A DNA stretch of 64,000 bases from Octopus sinensis. Lineage: Eukaryota. Below are positions 25,191 through 38,836 of this stretch, piece after piece. The notes beneath the pieces are model-generated. The model saw nothing but the letters and a program-made list of their open reading frames with translations, did no database searches and had not been told where the DNA came from. Location: NCBI RefSeq assembly GCF_006345805.1, contig NC_043015.1:18042001-18106000 (forward strand). The letters run 5' to 3'. The position numbers and the translations under genes are program-made. Positions within the stretch are counted from its first letter, which is position 1. Each line of letters opens with the position of its first letter.

Positions 25191-25897
25191 TGAATATACA
25201 GAAACAATTGTTGGGAAATTTTTCAGCAGGCAAAAAATCAATTGTAGACATGTTTCTACTTCCCAAATTATTCTCAACTCATTAAAGTGGTGGCAAACAA
25301 TCCACTAAATGAACATCATATTCTAATTTAGCTTTTAAGGCCCTTAAACAGTTATACATTTCTGTATAGTTACTTAATAATTTCTATACTACCACATCAG
25401 GATGTTAAAGTGAGGATATAGTTCTCTGACGATTTTGCAATGAAATGGAAACATATCAGGAGTGGTCTCCCATACTAACTGATAATGAAACAATATTTGT
25501 CATTGACTAACATTTTCCAGTCATCCCATATTTTATATAAATTGTTTAATTGCTTAAGTCATTACATCTGCTGACATCCACTTGTGATATGATTTAGTTT
25601 AATCTACTAACCTAAGAGTTACTACATAAAATTACATGACACTACTTCACTAATATCTTCTACAAATAATTCCTATACTTAAAAAAAAAAATTCTGTACT
25701 TTCCTTGTTTTTCATCAAACTTTAATGCTCACAGCAGTAAATATTTTCATACTTATTTATCATGTAGACAGTGTCTTTGATTAATACTTTATACTGAGGA
25801 GTTGTTATAACAAGCAATAGTTAATGCTGATTATTGAGAATTACAGGAATATGGTTCAACTGTCATTTCTGAAATAGTCATAAGCTAAAGAATTTAC

Positions 25898-25962
25898 CTT
25901 CAACATTTCGAGATTTTAGTTTTTCTTCCAGGAGTTTAACATATTTGTCTTGTTCTTTAAAT
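25898..25962 (-). CDS. WTAP: WTAP/Fl(2)d-like coding exon 3: (K)FKEQDKYVKLLEEKLKSRNVE
   Basis: Acceptor ttttattttctctccag, donor gtaaat; 65 nt, phase 2 to 1; joins in frame to exon 28405-28460; resembles vertebrate WTAP WKQYEAYVQALEGKY (recalled, not searched). Confidence 0.85.
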
Positions 25963-25999
25963 CTGGAGAGAAAATAAAAAAAACAGAAATGTTATTTGC

Positions 26000-26255
26000 C
26001 CATGGCCAGACATGCTCTCACTGAAAATGAATGATACCGCTTGTATGAGTGATACTACTGCACAATGTCAAGATAAGAAAATGCATGCACACACACACAT
26101 AATGAGCTTCTTACAGTTTCTGTCAACCAAATCCACACACAAGGCTTTGGTCAGCCTGGGGCTATAGTAGATGTGCCCAAGATACCACAGTGAGACTGAA
26201 CCCAATACCATGTGACTGGGAAGCAAACTTCTTACCACATTACCATGCCTGTGCC
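26000..26255 (-). mobile_element. tRNA-derived SINE
   Basis: Reverse complement of the 20745 SINE head/core. Confidence 0.8.
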
Positions 26256-26854
26256 AAAGAAACAAACAAGCATGCATGTGTATATACATACATACATATG
26301 TAAGCTATATATATGCAGTAGAAGTCTCTAATTCACAATTCAGAGCCTTGTTTGTTAACCAAATTTTGTCTCATGAGTAATTGAAACATAAATAGGAGCA
26401 ATTTCTTTCAAGCCACACCTAAACTCTACATAAAGACATGGAACAATGTGTTGTTTGTTTATCCATCAATAGTAGATACATAAATATATATGTCTAAGTA
26501 TACATGTGTATCTTGGTGTGCATGTGCATTTATTTCGCTTGTCGATCCTTGATGTTTTTAGTAAAAAATGTGTAACATTATTTTTCTATATAAAATATGA
26601 AAATCTGCAAGCTACATGAAATCCATACACGAATGTTAACAAACCATTTGTTCACCCACACCTAGCCGCTAATGTGTGTGTAGCCTACTCATGGTTCAAA
26701 TTTCAGCTTATTCACTGAATATAATTTTCTTCAAAGTAACTGTTCACTATACAACTTGTCCATTTAGCATGCTGTTTGTACATATTCTCAGCACATGCAT
26801 AGTCTGTTTATGGTTTATTGATCAAATTTCAGCTGAAAAAACATCAAAGCAATA

Positions 26855-28100
26855 ACAATCCAGTGATAATCTCAATTTTTAGAAAGGGTGACAAGAGAAA
26901 GTGCTTAAATTATAGAGGAACTTCCTTGCTGAACCTCTCCAGTGAAGTCAACACTAGATGTCTGGAAAAGAGATGTAGGAAAATTGTCAAGCCCAAGCTT
27001 ACCGAAGAACAGTGTGGTTTCTGTTCTGGATGCAGCACAACCAACCAAATATTCACTCTACAACAGATCTTCAAGAAATCATGGGACTATTACCAATAGG
27101 TGTACATTTGCCTTGTAGACCTTAGAAAGGCATATAACTGCATGTCGTGAGACAAAATGTGGAGTGTTTTGCAGGATTTGGGGATTAATGGGCAACTTCT
27201 GGTTTCATAGGGTCCTTTTACAAATGCTCAGGTATCTGTGTTTGGGTAATTAGTGTTATGTTGAAACCTTTCAATGTGGGTATTGGACTTCAGCAGGTGT
27301 GTATTATCACCTCTCGTTGTCATAATTTTTATGAACTGGATTGAAATGTGCAGCTGTTGTGGAAGTGGTATCACAATAGGATTAATCAGCTCTTACTTGC
27401 AGATGACATGGCGCTGCATGGCTCATCAAAAAGTCATCTCTAACATGTACTGAATGAATTGGTTGTCATGTACTGCAAGATAGGGATGCAAATTGGTGTT
27501 GCCAAGACTGAGACATTGGTCCTCTGAGGAAACTTGTCCCAGTGCATTCTGCAGGTTAGTGAAACATTACTGAGACAAGTGAGAAGTTTAAATATCTCAA
27601 GGCCATATTCTTGAGTGATAGAAGGCAAGAGGCTGAATTGGATATAATTAGCATAGTAATGCATCAGCTCCAGCATTCAATCCTAAGAAGAGGAAAGGTT
27701 GGTGAAAAAAAGCCAAAATGGTCATGAATATTGGGTAATGACTGAAATGAGGTTCCTCTGAAGCATCTCTGGAGTAATGATACTTGATAGAGTGCATAGT
27801 CTCTCCAGGTTGAGCTGCTACCTCTCCACAATGAGATCACAGCTCCAGTAGTATGGATATGTGATTAGAATGTTGCAGGAAAGAATCTCAATCTGGATTC
27901 TTCAAGCTAAGTCAAATGGCAGGGAACCTAAAATTAGATCAAGAATGAGAAGGTTGGATAATATCTACAGTCTCAGATAATCACACTTGGGAATCCAGCC
28001 AGAAAATCTAATGATGGTTGCTTCTGATAGAACCCTCTGGGAGAAGTACCTGAAGACTCTACCTTCATAGGAATAGTAAGCAGAAAAGATGGATGAATGC
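26855..28100 (+). mobile_element. Decayed RTE-type LINE
   Basis: IFRKGDKRKCLNYRGTSLL..EEQCGFCSGCSTTNQIFTLQQI..VDLRKAY..GLQQVC..LADD..FKYL. Confidence 0.85.
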
Positions 28101-28404
28101 AAATTTAATTTTCTTCAGAAAAACCATTCATTATTCAATTTATTCATTTAGAGAACCATTCATATATAGATACCCCACTGTATATGTATGTATGTGTCTG
28201 AATGGATATTTGTCTATCTTGTGACAGAACACTCCATCCTTAAAATTCTCAAGTATAATCAGCATGTCACAGTGCGTAACAATGCTGTACCTTTGAATTA
28301 GAGGTACATTTCATCTGAAAGGCTTCTATGCAGTTTCTACACACCTAATTTTGCAATCAAAGTATGGGCCAACATAGAAAAGCATAAAATGAACAAGTAC
28401 TTAC

Positions 28405-28460
28405 TTTAGAAGTAAATCTTCCTTTGTTAAGTTTTCCAAGTCTTCTGTATCAATCTTGAA
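28405..28460 (-). CDS. WTAP: WTAP/Fl(2)d-like coding exon 2: FKIDTEDLENLTKEDLLL(K)
   Basis: Acceptor tttctttcttgtgttacag, donor gtaagt; 56 nt, phase 0 to 2; resembles vertebrate WTAP VRLSETDFKVMARDELILR (recalled). Confidence 0.87.
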
Positions 28461-28869
28461 CTGTAACACAAGAAAGAAATATGATGAAAATTCTGAGAGA
28501 ACTTTGCATTCTTATAACTTCAATCTCCATATCTAAACGATATGTCAGAGTATTCCCCCTGCCACTCTTTCCCTATATTACAGATTCTTCAATTTCAGTC
28601 CAACAGACATACACCACCTCCTCACTTCGCCTCATCTACTGTTACTACTGCAGCTTCTGCTCCATGACGTTAGCTGGTCTTGTGCCACCTTCAATCATCT
28701 CTCCTCCTCTAGTCACCCATATTATGCCCACTTTAACCCCAGGCCTCACACTAACCACTACATTCAATCTTCTCTCCTCTACCTACCAAAACATCACAGT
28801 TTTGTTATTCCTTCTCTACTCATGTTTTCCTTACCTTCAACTAGCTGGTGTGCAAGAACAATACCATAC

Positions 28870-29265
28870 ATAGCTGTGTGGTTAAAAAGCTAGCTTCCCA
28901 ACCATATGGTTCCTGGTCCAGCACCACTGAGTGATACCTAAGGCTAGTGTTTTCTATTGTGGTTCCAGGTTAGTAAAAATCTTGTGAGTGGATTTGGTAG
29001 ATAGAAACTGAAAGAAGCCCTCATACGTCAGTATATGTGAGTTATATGATAGTTATAAACAAGTGTCACCATCATACAATGGTGTCCTTTGTTTCCAATT
29101 TTCTGTGAAAACATCTCTGGGCATGAGGAAATATTAGTCTGTTTGGAAAGAGGTAAAGGTTGATGACAGGAGGGGCATTTAGCTATAGAAAATCTACTTT
29201 AATAAACTCCATCTGACCCATGCAAACACAGAAAAGTAGACATTAAAATTCTGATAATGATGTTG
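28870..29265 (+). mobile_element. Older tRNA-derived SINE
   Basis: gctgtgtggttaaaaagc..cccaaccatatggttcc..gtgagtggatttggtagatagaaactgaaagaagccc; RTE-like tail. Confidence 0.75.
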
Positions 29266-29269
29266 ATCT

Positions 29270-29640
29270 CATCTGCACTGGAGAATCTGAGATGCTATGG
29301 TTACAGTCTTGTGGTCAGAAGGAATTTGTTAAGGTAAATTTTCTGTAGCTGGATGCTATTCTTATCCAAGTAAGGTAATATTTCCCCTTATCTGGACATG
29401 TTTTCATGGAAAACTAGAAACAATGATTCTTTCTGTATGACGTTGGAACTTGCTTGCAACTATCAGTTGATGTCAAGACAAGGACACATATGCAGATGCA
29501 AATGCACACACCCAGCAGGCTTCTTTTAATTCCTAGCTAAGTGGAAGATATTTGCCCAAGGTACCATGCAGTGAGAGTGAACCTGAAACCAAGTGTTTAG
29601 GAGGTGAACTTTTAACCACACAATCATGCCTGTGCCTATG
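29270..29640 (-). mobile_element. Older tRNA-derived SINE, tail-to-tail with the previous copy
   Basis: ttgcccaaggtaccatgcagtgagagtgaacc..ttaaccacacaatcatgcctgtgcc is the reverse SINE head. Confidence 0.65.
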
Positions 29641-30116
29641 CACCTATATAACCTATGGATGAAACAAAATATAGTTAGACTGACAGTTATGAAACCAACT
29701 AATGAACCAATGAAAAGATAACATTGCAAATGAACAGTTCTACGATGTTGTAATTATTTAGTTTGCTAACTGCAGCAATGGCATTACTAGAGTTAATGGT
29801 GAATATGAGTTATGCAAATTGAAAAAAGTTGGAAGGAACACAAAACGTATGACAGGCATTCAAGAAAGAAGTACAGGACAGTGTTCAATATGGTATCTGG
29901 TTGAAGGATGTAAGATAGGAGACTGTTGCTCTATAAAGTCAGTGCAAAAATATTTAACCAAATATTTTACCTGATAGTATATTATATATTGAGACATGTT
30001 AATAAAATACATTTAATGTATAATCTGATTATTTTACTACTGAGTTTGGAAAATAACTTTATTCTTGAATGAAAACATTGTTCTACAACACTTACCACAA
30101 GTGAAAAGTATTAAGG

Positions 30117-30335
30117 GTTAATCCTTTAGCGTTCAGATTATTCAATCAAATGTATTATCCACATTGCTTTGAATTAATTGTGAATTATCAGTTTGGGGAT
30201 TTCAATGATATGATTGTTAATTTTTAGAATGACGAAGTAGGGTAGATGTAAGAGGCTGGACCTGACCAATTTGAACAAAAGAAAATAGATAAAATATTTG
30301 GGTTGGATATTGCTGGTTTGAATGCTAAAGGGTGG
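30117..30335. mobile_element. piggyBac-type MITE
   Basis: ttaa-tcctttagcgttcaga ... tttgaatgctaaaggg imperfect TIRs; right TTAA not retained. Confidence 0.65.
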
Positions 30336-30799
30336 GGAGCCAATATACTGAATGGTAAACAAAGTTTCTATTCCAGACCTTCATTTAACACTGATTAGGC
30401 CTCAGAAGATTGTGTATTAGAATATGAAGACACTACAAGTGAGAAGTATCAGCTGTCTGAAATGACCATAGGCAAGTGTGAAACATTCTGAATTTTTGGT
30501 CATTTGTGAGTAAAATAAGCATTATGTCGTTTAAATGTCAATAGTTATATCTTATGGAATACCACAACAACACAGACAACATCATAACAATATGGTATAT
30601 ATTAGTATCACAATTTATAAGAACTGAATAATAGAAGTACAAATAGCTAAAAATACCAGCAACCCATTCCTCTACCCTGGATAGACCTTATCAGTCACCA
30701 ATAAATGACAAATAAGATTTAAAGTGGAAATAGTTCAAATATAGTTGAAAAAATGGTCTTTGTAAAAAAAGAAAACTTATAAACTAAAATACCCAATCT

Positions 30800-32050
30800 T
30801 AATTTAGTCTGAAGGAGGGAGCTGTGCTCATGGCCATCACAGGTTTTCCAAGACTAGGTATATTGATACAATCAACCTGAACTATTGCTATATGATGCCT
30901 ACAGGAAAGATGTGCATGGGGAGAATACCAGGGGAATGGTGTTCTGGGGAGGAAGAACTGGGGTGTATTGGTTAGAGTAGAATTGTGAAATTGGGAGCAA
31001 TATGGTTGTTAAAAAGAGAGATAAGTGGAGATAATATGAAATGAGTCAGCACTGATGAATAGAGGCAGCTGTAATAGCAATAAAAAAAGCAGAGAGAGTT
31101 AACAGTATGCCTGTGGTCTAGAGGATGATGGTGACTTCATGCCTATGGATCAGATGGTTTTCTTTGGATGCAATGATGTATATACCATTATCACAATTCC
31201 AGATATGAGAACAATAAACTATTTTGAGTTTCACTTGAGCTTTGTACTGGGTTGGTAATTATTGGGGCTGAAGTATTTATACAGCTTTGAGAGAAAAGCT
31301 AGTCTCTCTGAAATGCAGTTTTTGTTATATTAAAGTTGTGCATATACAAGGAGATATGCTCAGTGGTGATGAGGCCTATATTCGAAATTATTGTAAGGAT
31401 CTAGATCAGTGGTTATCAACTGAGGTCCATATGGCCCTTTGGGAGTGACATAAGATTTTGTTACTAAAGTTTAGTACAATAAATTGGTTATACTTCTACA
31501 ATACACAAAGTATTTTAACAACTACAATTATATAATTCCTAATAATATTTAGTTATAAAAATATAATGATTTTCTAAACATCAAATGACTAGAAGAGTAC
31601 ATCAAAGTAAAATAGGAATCAAAGGGATCCATAGGTAAAAAATGGTTGAGAAACACCAACCTAAATAGATGTTATTTGCATTAGGGTAGAGGTGAGATGC
31701 ATTGATGTTTTTCTGATATGTATAGTTTCTGTGTTAATTGTATTTTTCTGGTCTTTGAAGGCGACACTGTTGGCATGACTCTACAGGAAGATGTTTTCAA
31801 AGTTTCTGTTCATGAAGCCTTTGCAGATTTGGCATAAGATGCCTAGCTTGAATGTGGATGATGTTTGGCTGTGAAACATTAGGGAGTAATCTTAGTGTCA
31901 TTTGCATCGGAGTTGGCATTGCTTGAGTGATACCCAATAGGTCACTGATGCATAGAAGGGAAAAAGACTGTGAGTCACAGCCATCTCCATTTGCACATAC
32001 CTTCATAGTACAATTTGACAGGAAATAACAAGTGATGAAAGATGGATAAA
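30800..32050 (-). mobile_element. Very old CR1/L2-type LINE remnant
   Basis: Minus FSLLCISDLLGIT followed by a degenerate YADD-like segment; LPMHIFP-like terminal motif. Confidence 0.4.
31407..31658. mobile_element. hAT (Charlie-like) MITE
   Basis: TIRs cagtggttatcaac / ggttgagaaacacca; degenerate 8-bp TSD atctagat / acctaaat. Confidence 0.75.
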
Positions 32051-33470
32051 GCCAAAAAGTAGACAGTTTTACAAGGATATTTGGATGCTTGATACAAACA
32101 AAAACTTTACTGATGTCATGTGCATGACTATTATTTACAACATATTTTCCAAAGGTGAGGACTCACTAGAAACTGAGACAGGAGACTAGGTCCTGCAGTC
32201 AATCTAGCTTTATGATGCAAACTTTCTTTTTTAAAGTTTAAATTAAAAACTTTCATCAAAATTTCATTTATGTTCTAAACACTGGCCTAATAATGACAAA
32301 GTTATTTTACTAAATTCTGTGTTGCTTTTAAAATGAAAGAAAATGAAGGTAAATGTGTAGGTAAATGTGTAGGAATATGGTTAAGAAAAATATCAAGGGA
32401 GAGAGATGCAAAGTGTTGGAAAAGGTTGCTGTTTGTGGTTGTCACAATCACATTAATGTATAATGGAAGGGAGGGTAATAGGGCAATAGAGCAGTAGTGG
32501 CAAGTTCATGGGAGTTGCTGCCTAGGCAATGGGATACACTATATAGATTGGTGACAATTAGGGCTAGCTCTAGAGAATGTTACTTGAGGGGAACATTCTT
32601 AGAATTGAATAGCTTTGTTGGTTTAAAGCAAACAGAGGTACTTCCACACTTGCCACATATGTGAATGGTAATGAGCCTGATGGAGTGGAAAAAGACAGTT
32701 TTGGAGATTTGCTTGCTGTATAAGGTGTGCAAGTAAATATGGAGGCTTTCTCTAAAGTACTGTTTTATATATTTTGCCTGAGTTGCACAGGCACTCCTCT
32801 ATTATTCATATTGTTGTTCTCAGAATTCGATACTGGTAATGCTGTGTGGTTAAGAAGTTAAATTTGCAACTATGTGATTTGAGGTTTACTTCCATATGCT
32901 TTGGTCAGAAGTTTTCTATCACAGCAACAGATTTACTAATGTTAGCATAATTTAGATGGGAACTGTGCTGAAGACCACCTGTAACCTAACCATTAGGGTG
33001 TTTAACTCATAAAATCACAGGCTCAATTCCTAGACTGGGTGGCATGGTGTGCCCTTCAGCAAGGGACTTCATTTCACATTGCTTCACTCAACTCAATGGT
33101 AATGACTACCAACTGGCTGTTGATGCAGTCCTCTCTTTCTCTAGTTGTCACATCCTGGGTGTTCTACTGTAGCAAAGGAGAAGCGGCCAAGTGAGGGTAT
33201 CTATGTCTCCTTGTGATTAAATGGGCACCTAAAACAATTAGAGAAAGCACGGTACACATTATCAAGTCATGAAGGATGGTGGTCAATCTATAAAGAGCCA
33301 ACAGGGTAGATGCAGTGAACTCTGCAAGCTGTGAATAAAATCTAATAACAAGCAGAAGGGACTTTTTAGTCCTTTGCAAATAACCTCCCTAATGTCAGTG
33401 ACATGACAAAACGCATTGAGTCTATACAATGGTATGTGACAATAAAGGCATTTAACTATAAAACCATGAT

Positions 33471-34744
33471 GTCATCCCATAAAAAATGCGGATTTTTCAA
33501 TTGCATGAACTAAAAGTCGGAGGGGGATGGGATAAACTACCTGTATCAACTATAAAAGCAGGCTGTAATTTTACCTTGTCCTTATTCTTAGTGCAAGTTT
33601 TTGAAGAGTGCAGTTCGATTTTAACAGTTATTTTTTCAAAGCTATAATGGAAGTGACAAAGGAGCATATTCGGCATATTTTGCTTTATGAGTTCAATAAA
33701 GGCAACAATGCAATGGAAAGTGCGAGGAATATTAATGCAGTATATGAGGATTGGACAATAAGTATACGCCAGTGTCAATAGAGGTTCCAGAAATTCCGAG
33801 CCAGAAACTACAGCCTAGAAGAAAAGCCACGTCAAGGTAGATCCGTAGAGCTGGTCGAGGATGTCCTGCAAACCCTGGTGGAACAAAATCCTATTGTAAC
33901 TGTCGAGGAACTAGCAGAGAAGCTTGGATTTGGTCATTCAACCATTCATCGACACTTGCATGCCATCGGAAAAGTCAGCAAATTGGGTCAGTGGCTTCCT
34001 CACAAACTTTCCGAGTCTAATCGCATGCAGGGAATGAATGTGCTCTTCTTTGTTGTCACATCTCATGAATGAACCTTTTTTGAACAGAATAGTGACAGGT
34101 GACAAGAAATGGGTTCTCTATAAAAATGTCAAGTGCCAAAGACAGTGAATAGGGACAGGAGAAACATCGGCAACCCAGGCTACAGAAGGTCTTCACCCAC
34201 GTAAGGGGTTGTTATCTGTTTGGTGGGATGTGAAAAGTTTAGTCCACTTTGAACTTTTAAACCAAAACCAAATGATAACAAAGGAGATCTACTGCGAGTA
34301 GCTTAAATGACTTAAGTCAGCGCTAGAAGAAAAACAACCATCTTTGGTTTCAAAATGAAAGGTATTCCTCCATCAGGATAATGCTCAGCCACATACAGTA
34401 AGGATGACGTACCAAAGGCTGGAGCAGTGTAAATGGGAAACGATGCCTCACCCACCATATTTGCTGGACATGGCCCCATCTGATTATCATTTATTCTGCA
34501 GTCTTCAAAATCATTTGGATGGAAAAAATATGAACTCTGTAGACAAGGTCAGAACAGTACTGGAGGAGTATTTTTCATCACAGACAAGTGAATTCTGGGA
34601 GAGGGGCCTTGCAAATCTACCAGATAGATGGAAGTGTATTGTAGAAAATGAAGGAGAATATATTTTAGATGAAAAAAAAAATCTTTATCTTAATTTTAAA
34701 AATGAAAGTATAAAAAAAACTGCATTATTTATGGGATGACCCAA
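33471..34744 (+). mobile_element. Near full-length mariner with pseudogenised transposase (~33647-34672)
   Basis: MEVTKEHIRHILLYEF..WLPHKL..IVTGDKKW..HQDNA..HPPYLLDMAPSDYHLF; TIRs gtcatcccataaaaaatgcgg / ctgcattatttatgggatgacccaa|ta; several stops and frameshifts. Confidence 0.93.
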
Positions 34745-35534
34745 TACATAACAAAGACAAGAGGTTTTCACTGTCATTACATCATATGACGAAGGAACAC
34801 TAGTGATGAGACCACATTCAGAGTAAGGCTACTCAAATCATTGGCATAAAGTCTCGCAGACACATTTTAGCCTTTGGCTCACAAGCATGCTTCTCTCTTC
34901 CTTTCCTGGAATTGGCTGGCCTCATATCAGCACACTTCAGGCAAAACCAATGAAATTTACCTCTCTTCACCTATGTTGTGTCCAACTCCACCACTAGCCA
35001 CTACGCCTACTGCTTCTTACCCAGAATTTAGAACTACCTCTCTCCTCATGTCTTTCATGAAGGTGGTGACTTACAAGTTTAAGCAGAATATTAACAACAT
35101 CAATCTCGTTAGTCTTAGAGAATTAGCAAAGGACATAAGCAGCACTTCCTTTTCCAAACCCAGTAAATAATAATTATGCCAGCAAAGAGAATAAGAATAA
35201 GGAAACCAAAAGTATAATCACAATTATGTCATATGATGAATGTATGCATGAATGTTTAGCAAAATTTTGAGCTCAGGTCCCATTAAAAAAAAACAAAAAA
35301 ACAAGTACCTGAAGGAGACTGTTAAAGAACTTAGCTGGAAGTTGCAAAAAGTTTGAAACATAAGAGTTAAAGAATGATGGTGACAATATGCAGATGGACT
35401 TAACAGATGATCAACAAATATATGAATAACTTACAATTCTGAGTTTAAATATGTTAAAACTTTTCCACTTTTCTTTTAAGGATAAAATTTTCAATGTAGA
35501 TATTCTTTTATGATAAAAAAAAAATTAAACATAC

Positions 35535-35561
35535 CTTTTTTGGTGTAGGTGGGCCCTCCAT
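35535..35561 (-). CDS. WTAP: WTAP/Fl(2)d-like first coding exon MEGPPTPKK (whole exon 35535-35574 including 13 nt 5' UTR)
   Basis: Acceptor ttttatattttag at 35575, ATG at 35561, donor AAG|gtatgt, phase 0; resembles vertebrate WTAP MTNEEPLPKK (recalled). Confidence 0.82.
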
Positions 35562-36319
35562 AATTTTAAGAGATCTAAAATATAAAATGAAAAGTAATTA
35601 GAAAAATTAGAATATATGAAATTTTTCAATAACTAAATTAAGATTTTGATAGATTGAAAATAATATTGATAAAACTGAAGTGGGCAGGGGGCAATATTCT
35701 GTTGAAATACTGTGATAAAATGGGGTGGAGTGGTCATAATTCTGGAGAAGCACTGTGATAAGGAATGGTCATTATTCTGAAGTGGTAGTAGTCAGAGAGA
35801 CATATGATAGTGAATAAGAGAGCAGAGACAATTGTATCAGTGGGAAAATAGTGAAGGTAGGGAAAATATTAGATATTCCAAATTTAAAACACAGCAGACT
35901 TTTGTTCAGATCTTCATATATTTACTCTCAGAATTCTCTGTTTTATGATTACAATTATTTAAGAGTTGAGCTGATAAAGTGGATCTACATAAAACTCCCC
36001 TAGTAAAGATAGAGAGATCAAAAACTAAATAACTAATGATGGTCAGTGTCAACAAAGAACAGTTGATATAATCTATAAACAGAAAAAAAATGTGTATGCC
36101 TTGAGAAGTGAGTTGTGATATTTCAGGTAAAACCTTCAGTGTGATTTTATCAAGTGAATACATTCAGTTCTCAATGTATCACAGATGCTTTTACTGTGTA
36201 CTCAGTGACTACACGATAAATGGTTCTAGACTTCATATAGAATCAAAAGAATATTAGTGGTATGAAAGGTGTAGTTAAAGACTACTTAATATAGATTGAC
36301 CTTCAGGTTTCCTGAAGAT

Positions 36320-36720
36320 AAGTGCAGACATGACTGTATGGAGGGAAGTTTGCTTCCCAACCACATGGTTCCAGGTTCAGTCCTACTGTGTGGCACCTAG
36401 GGTAGGTGTCTTCTACTATAGCTTCAGGCTGACCAAGGCCTTGTGGATCGATTTGATGGACAGAAACTGATAGAAACCCATTGTGTGTGTGTGCGCGCGC
36501 ACGCATGCATGCATGCATGTGCGTGTGTCTTTGTGTCTGTTTGTCCCCACCACCACTTGACTGCAAGTGTTGGTGTGTTTATGTTCCCATAACTTAGTGG
36601 TTCAGCAAAAGAGAGAATAAGTGCCAGGCTTAAAAAACATAAACCAGGTTGATTCATCTGACTAAAATTTCTTGAAGGCAATGCCCCAGCATGGCCACAG
36701 TATAATGACAAAAATAAGTT
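36320..36720 (+). mobile_element. tRNA-derived SINE
   Basis: Collinear with 20745-21140. Confidence 0.85.
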
Positions 36721-36989
36721 GAAGTTGATATCACTATGAATTTTTGAAAATAATAAAATTTAATTTCTACTGTACTTTTTCTTGGAGAGTATCCAAAAAG
36801 AAACATTTTGATACCTCAATAGTGAAATTTGGATATTTTAGGAAATATGACAATTTGAATGATCAGTGATAGTAGAAACTAAGTCTCAGATCAAGCATGA
36901 TCTGATAAACATTATTCCTAAGTAGGTCTGCTAAAATATCTCCCTTACCCCGTTATACTGGTTAAATATTGTTAATTTTAACCATATAT

Positions 36990-37220
36990 ACATATATATA
37001 GATATATATAGTGAATCCAAACAAAGAACAAACATGAAAAAACAACAACGTGAGGACATGGTATAAGTAATGTATTATCAGATACTCAAAAAAGGAAGGA
37101 AAAGAGGATTTAATGTTTCGAGCAAAGCTCTTCTTCAGAAATAAAAGTCCAAAGGAAGAGAAGATGGAAGAAGAAAATTGCCAACGATACATACGTGGTT
37201 ACATTTTGAAATGACTGGAA
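36990..37220 (-). mobile_element. PLE terminal fragment with minimal hammerhead (37109-37141)
   Basis: Minus UUU-CUGAAGA-A-GAGC-UUU-GCUC-GAAACAUU-AAA; related fragment at 7110-7200. Confidence 0.65.
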
Positions 37221-37269
37221 GAGAATGGGGGAAGAAAAATTTCTAAGACAGGAGAGTGCAAGAGAAGGA

Positions 37270-38470
37270 GGTATGTGTATGCATGTGCATGCACAAAGGT
37301 CTGTGTGTGTGTGAGGTGAATGTAATAATAGCACGTGTGTGTTCGTATGTGTGTGGTTTTGACTGTTTATGTGTGTGTGTGTGAGTGGACTTTGTGCTAA
37401 TGTCACTTAATGTCAAGGAAGAATTTACAGTAAGAATTTATAGGAGTGGCTGTCTTTTGTGCAGGAGAATGGTCAGTAGAAAGGTGTTTAACTGGTAGTT
37501 TGAAGTATGTGTGTGTGCGTTTATGCATTTGTGTTTTGTGTGCAGTGTGTACCTGTGTCTGTGTGCGTGCATGTGTATGTATGTACATGTATGTGTGTGT
37601 GTGTCCATGTATGGGTTCATTTGTGTGTGCATGTATGTGTGTGCGCGCATGTGTGTGAGTGTATGTGAGTGTGAGTGTATGTGTGTACATGTGTGTGTAT
37701 GTATGTGGAGGTATATGTACATTTTTGTGGGTGTAGGCACATGCATGTGTGTGTGCATGTACTTGTGCGTGTGTATATGTGGGCGTGTGTACATGGGGTT
37801 GTGAGTGTTAGGTATGTGTGCATTCATGTGTGCGCACGTATGTGCATGTGTTTGTGTATGTGTGGGGTATATGTGTGTTCCTTTGTGTGTGCATGCATGT
37901 GCTTACATGTGTATATGTGTTGTGCTTATGCCCATGTGTGTGTAACAGTATGCATATCTATGTGTGTAACTGTATGCATATCTGTATGTGTGCATACATG
38001 TGCAAGTGTGAATGTGCGTGTATATGTGTCGAGTTATGTGTGTGTATATGTGTATGTGGTTGTGTGTACATGTGTATGTTTATGTGTGCGTGTGTGTATG
38101 GGGGGGTTGTGTGGGTTAGGTATGTATGCATTTTTGTGCGTATGTGTGGGTATGTGTGTATATGTATGTGCATTTGTGTACATGTGTGCACACATGTATG
38201 TGAATGTGATGTGTGTGAGAGATATGTGAGGTATATGTGCATTGATATGTACGTGTGGGTGTATGTGTGTGTGTGCATGTATGTGTGTGTGTACATGTAT
38301 GTGTGTGTATGCATGTATGAGCGTGTGTGTAGTGAATGTTTGCATGGGGGTGTTGCGTGGAGGTATATGTGCATTTGTGTGTGCATGTGTGTGCGTGTGT
38401 GTGGATGTGTGTGTGTGTACATGTATGTGCATGATGTGTGTGGGAGGTATATGTGTGTTCACATGTGCGT
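37270..38470. repeat. Degenerate (GT)/(GTAT) low-complexity tract
   Basis: Alternating purine-pyrimidine sequence; source of the V/C/M and H/T ORFs. Confidence 0.95.
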
Positions 38471-38473
38471 TAG

Positions 38474-38836
38474 TGGAGGCGCAATGGCCCAGTGGTTAGG
38501 GCAGTGGACTCGCGGTTTCGATTCCCAGACCGGGCGTTGTGAGTGTTTATTGAGCGAAAACACCTAAAGCTCCACGAGGCTCCGGCAGGGGATGGTGGTG
38601 ATCCCTGCTGTACTCTTTCACCACAACTTTCTCTCACTCTTACTTCCTGTTTCTGTTGTACCTGTATTTCTAAGGGCCGGCCTTGTCACTCTCTGAATAT
38701 CCCCGAGAACTACGTTAGGGGTACACGTGTCTGTGGAGTGCTCAGCCACTTACACGTTAATTTCACGAGCAGGCTGTTCCGTTGATTCGGATCAACCGGA
38801 ACCCTCGTCGTCGTAACCGACGGAGTGCTTCCCCAG
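38474..38836 (+). mobile_element. Young tRNA-derived SINE (second family)
   Basis: ggaggcgcaatggcccagtggttagggcag (A box) ..gtttcgattccc (B box); CpGs retained. Confidence 0.85.

Noticed and set aside
25423-25465. ctgacga..gaaacatatc|aggag hammerhead-like motif
   Set aside because: Stem II and stem III pair poorly; at best a decayed relic
1-25897. Next WTAP coding exon (ESEEKLKQQQ..RRENILVMRL-like)
   Set aside because: Not found by eye in non-repeat stretches on the minus strand; probably left of the window
38474-38545. tRNA gene (also 51797-51870)
   Set aside because: tRNA-like SINE heads continuing into SINE bodies; no complete cloverleaf or Pol III terminator
37403-38567. Long overlapping ORFs up to 249 aa rich in V/C/M/Y or H/T (similar ones at 4287-5270 and 47521-50554)
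   Set aside because: Translations of GT/AC/AT microsatellite and low-complexity DNA; no domain signal
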